Source of the DNA: Hypanus sabinus
Taxonomy: Eukaryota
Length of the DNA: 64,000 nucleotides
Direction: 5' to 3'
Assembly (NCBI RefSeq): GCF_030144855.1
Contig: NC_082720.1
Span: 76,074,001 to 76,138,000 of the forward strand
The notes under the pieces are model-generated. The model did not search any database. It was not told the DNA's origin and saw nothing but the letters and a program-made list of their open reading frames with translations. This document shows, piece by piece, positions 62,478 through 64,000 of this stretch; the stretch's first letter is position 1; each line of letters opens with the position of its first letter. The translations under genes were made by a program, and so were the position numbers.

Positions 62478-64000
62478 CGTGTTAAGCATGTAGATTTATG
62501 AGGGGCAATGTACCAAAAGATTTCTTTACAACCCTATCTACATGTAAGACCACTTTCAAGCTATTACAGATCTGCATTCCCTGATCCCTCTGTTCTGCCA
62601 CACTCCTCAATGCCCTACCTCTCACTGTGTAAGACCTACCCTTGTTGGCCCTCCCAACATGCAACACCTCACATTTGCCTGCATTAAATTCCAGCTGCCA
62701 TTTTTCAGCCCATTTTTCCAACTGGTCTAGATCCTGGTGCAAGCTTCTATAGTTTTGCTTACTATCCACTACACCCCCAATCTTGGCGTCATCTACAAAT
62801 TTGCTGATTCAGTTCAACTCATGATCATCATGATTGTTAATATAAATGACAAACAATAATGGACCCAGCACTGATCGCTAAAGCACACTACTAGTCACAG
62901 GGGCAACCATCTACTACCACCTACTTCCGCAAAGACAATGTGCAATCCAATTTATTACCTCATCCTGATTGCTAAGCGACTGAATCTTCTTGATCAGCCT
63001 CCCATGCAGGACCTTGTCAAAGGCCTTGCTAAAGTACATAACATCCACTGCCTTCCCTTCATCAATATTCTTGGTAACTTCCCTGAAAAACTCAAATTAG
63101 CTAGATACAACTTACCATGCACGAAGCTATGTTGACTATCCCTAATCAATCCCTATCTATCCAAAACTCATATAGCTGGTCCCTTAGAAAACCTTCCAGT
63201 AACTTTTCCACTACTGATATCAGGCTCACCGACCTATAATTTCCTGGCTTATTCTTACAGCCTTTCTTAAACAACTAAACAACAGTAGCCATCCTCGAAT
63301 CTTCCAGCACCTCACCCATCACTAACGATGTTTTAAATATCTGTGCTTGTGCCCCTGCAATTCCTTCCACAGGGTCCAAGGGAACAGCTTTTCAGGCCAT
63401 GGGCAATTATCCACCTTATTTTGCCTTAACTATGCAAACACCCCCTCCTCTGTAATCTGTACAGGGTCCGTGACCTCGCTGCTGCTTTGCCTCACTTCTA
63501 CAGACCCTGTGTCCATCTCCTGAGTAAATACAGATGCAAAAAATCCACCGGAGATCTCTCCCATCTCTTTCAGCTCCATGCATGGATTACCATTCCGATC
63601 TTCCGGAGAACCAATTTGCCCCTTGCTATCCTTTTGCTTTTAACACATATGTAGAAGCCCTTACGATTCTCCTTTGACTGAATGCTTGCACAACATCATG
63701 TCTTCTTTTAGCCTGCCTGATTTCCTTCTTAAGTGTTATCTCAATCTTCTTATACTCAACTACCTCATTTGTTCCTGCTGGTCTATAGCTGCTACGCTCT
63801 TCCTCTTTTTCTTAACCAGAGCCTCGATATCTCTTGGAAACCAATGTTCCATAAACCTGTTATCCTTGTGTTTTATTCTGACAGGGACTTACAAACTTTG
63901 TGCTCTCAAAATTCGCTTTTGAAGGCCTCCAACTTACCAAGCACGCCTTTGTCAGAAAGCACCTATCCCAATCCACACTTGCCAACTTGCTTCTGATACA
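62478..64000 (-). mobile_element. CR1/HER1-like LINE (RT region), running off the window end
   Basis: LHQDLDQLEKWAEKWQLEFNAGKCEVLHVG, ISKFVDDAKIGGVV, FSKAFDKVLHGRL and PGNYRSVSLISVVEK on the - strand. Confidence 0.9.

Overview
This is repeat-rich, AT-rich eukaryotic DNA, intronic or intergenic. It is most likely from a cartilaginous fish (shark or ray), inferred from HE1-type V-SINEs and HER1-like CR1 LINEs together with Rex1/Babar, Tx1 and Penelope-like elements. I found no recognisable host protein-coding gene, rRNA, functional tRNA or CRISPR array. Every interpretable ORF in the track is a frameshifted fragment of a transposable element. These are CR1 and Rex1/Babar LINEs (including a 2.6 kb Rex1 nested in a CR1), L1 and Tx1 3' ends, three Penelope-like (PLE, GIY-YIG) families, and a fossil Tigger/pogo transposase. 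Non-coding elements include Tc1-derived non-autonomous elements and MITEs, several tRNA-derived SINE families, and a solo LTR with a 5-bp TSD. The most interesting signals are: (i) minimal hammerhead-ribozyme motifs in PLE termini and in short palindromic non-autonomous PLE derivatives; (ii) a 38-bp minisatellite with higher-order periodicity that appears to be built from a decayed hammerhead segment; (iii) two templated insertions of neighbouring unique DNA into TEs; (iv) an unexplained ~120-nt hairpin between two copies of an old local duplication; (v) a possible composite MITE; (vi) a few enhancer-like motif clusters. I do not see a convincing, wholly new biological system. Family names come from recall of motifs, not from database searches. 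Boundaries of old elements are approximate to tens of bp.
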